Assembly: GCA_965649765.1 (NCBI GenBank)
Contig: OZ287756.1
Span: 67,146,001-67,210,000 of the forward strand
DNA length: 64,000 nucleotides
Source: Bispira polyomma
Lineage: Eukaryota
Direction of reading: 5' to 3'
The position numbers and the translations under genes are program-made. Positions within the stretch are counted from its first letter, which is position 1. Each line of letters starts with the position of its first letter. The notes beneath the pieces are model-generated. The model worked only from the letters and a program-made list of their open reading frames with translations. It ran no database searches and was not told the origin of the DNA. Shown in pieces: positions 63,401 through 64,000 of the stretch.

Positions 63401-64000
63401 TAGGAATATATACTTGGAATTTTACAATTTAAATTATGTTATATAATTGTAAGTGCAGCACCTTCCAAGATTCTTCCGTTTCTGGAGTATCTAGCACAAA
63501 ACAGCAATTCACCAAGAGTGGTAAACAATTATGTGGCTGCTCTTAAGTTCATATTCTCTAGATACAGTGATAGTCACTGCCGACAATAGTGGCATGACAC
63601 CGCAGTCCCCAAAATTCAAGAGAATATGGTATTTGAACCCCTGAGCAAATCACTGGGGTGCCAGGATGGAATAGGGGTGTTGAGAGGTGGAACTTCTGCG
63701 GCCGAATTGGTGCCGTGCGTTCGGGGTTCCCTCTGGCAAAAGTTCGAATTCTTTCTTTAAAAATTTTATCCCATAAAACTTATATTGTACTGGTATCAAT
63801 TAACTTATTTTGAGAGACTGCTTAAACATTCAGATTTTAAATGACAAGTATGTGTCTATGTTCCTCAAGAGCCTAGCACTCTCTTCTAAATCCAATCCTC
63901 AGTAGAAAGTGGTGTTTGACATTCCATTACTTTAAAACTTATCAAGGACTTCTTTCATATTAGATGACACTCTTCTGTATAGGGCTGTGTCTCTATTAGC

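Larger units (their letters stand above)
60250..64000 (+). mobile_element. Degenerate DIRS-group retroelement interrupted by nested LINEs (RT/RNase H 60.3-61.13 kb; YR from ~63.4 kb)
   Basis: LQYLKFGFPL, HHSA.QYP, LTRPKD, LRFPTIDHI, NLRVDP, AFGWVNG, IHLDACLT, QLEMLNIAIAL; later ILPFLEYLAQN.NSPRVVNNYVAALK. Confidence 0.85.

Overview
AT-rich eukaryotic genomic DNA with no prokaryotic features. The repeat types and gene content suggest an invertebrate, most plausibly a bivalve mollusc (inference). One apparently intact 12-exon gene lies on the minus strand (48977->18097, 615 aa by manual splicing). It encodes a type I membrane receptor: signal peptide, F-type lectin (fucolectin) domain, seven 8-Cys MEGF10/SREC-type EGF-like exons, a transmembrane helix, and a short tail with four tyrosine motifs including an ITAM-like pair. 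The decayed 3' end of a tandem paralog lies upstream at 55.1-56.5 kb. Nearly everything else is mobile DNA: at least five to seven degenerate DIRS-group (tyrosine recombinase) retroelements, L2-type, L1/Tx1-type and other LINE fragments, tRNA-derived SINEs with target-site duplications, a PIF/Harbinger transposon, a Helentron/HINE-like element with ~145-bp internal repeats, MITEs and minisatellites. All exon boundaries and family calls come from manual reading and need RNA-seq or HMM confirmation.
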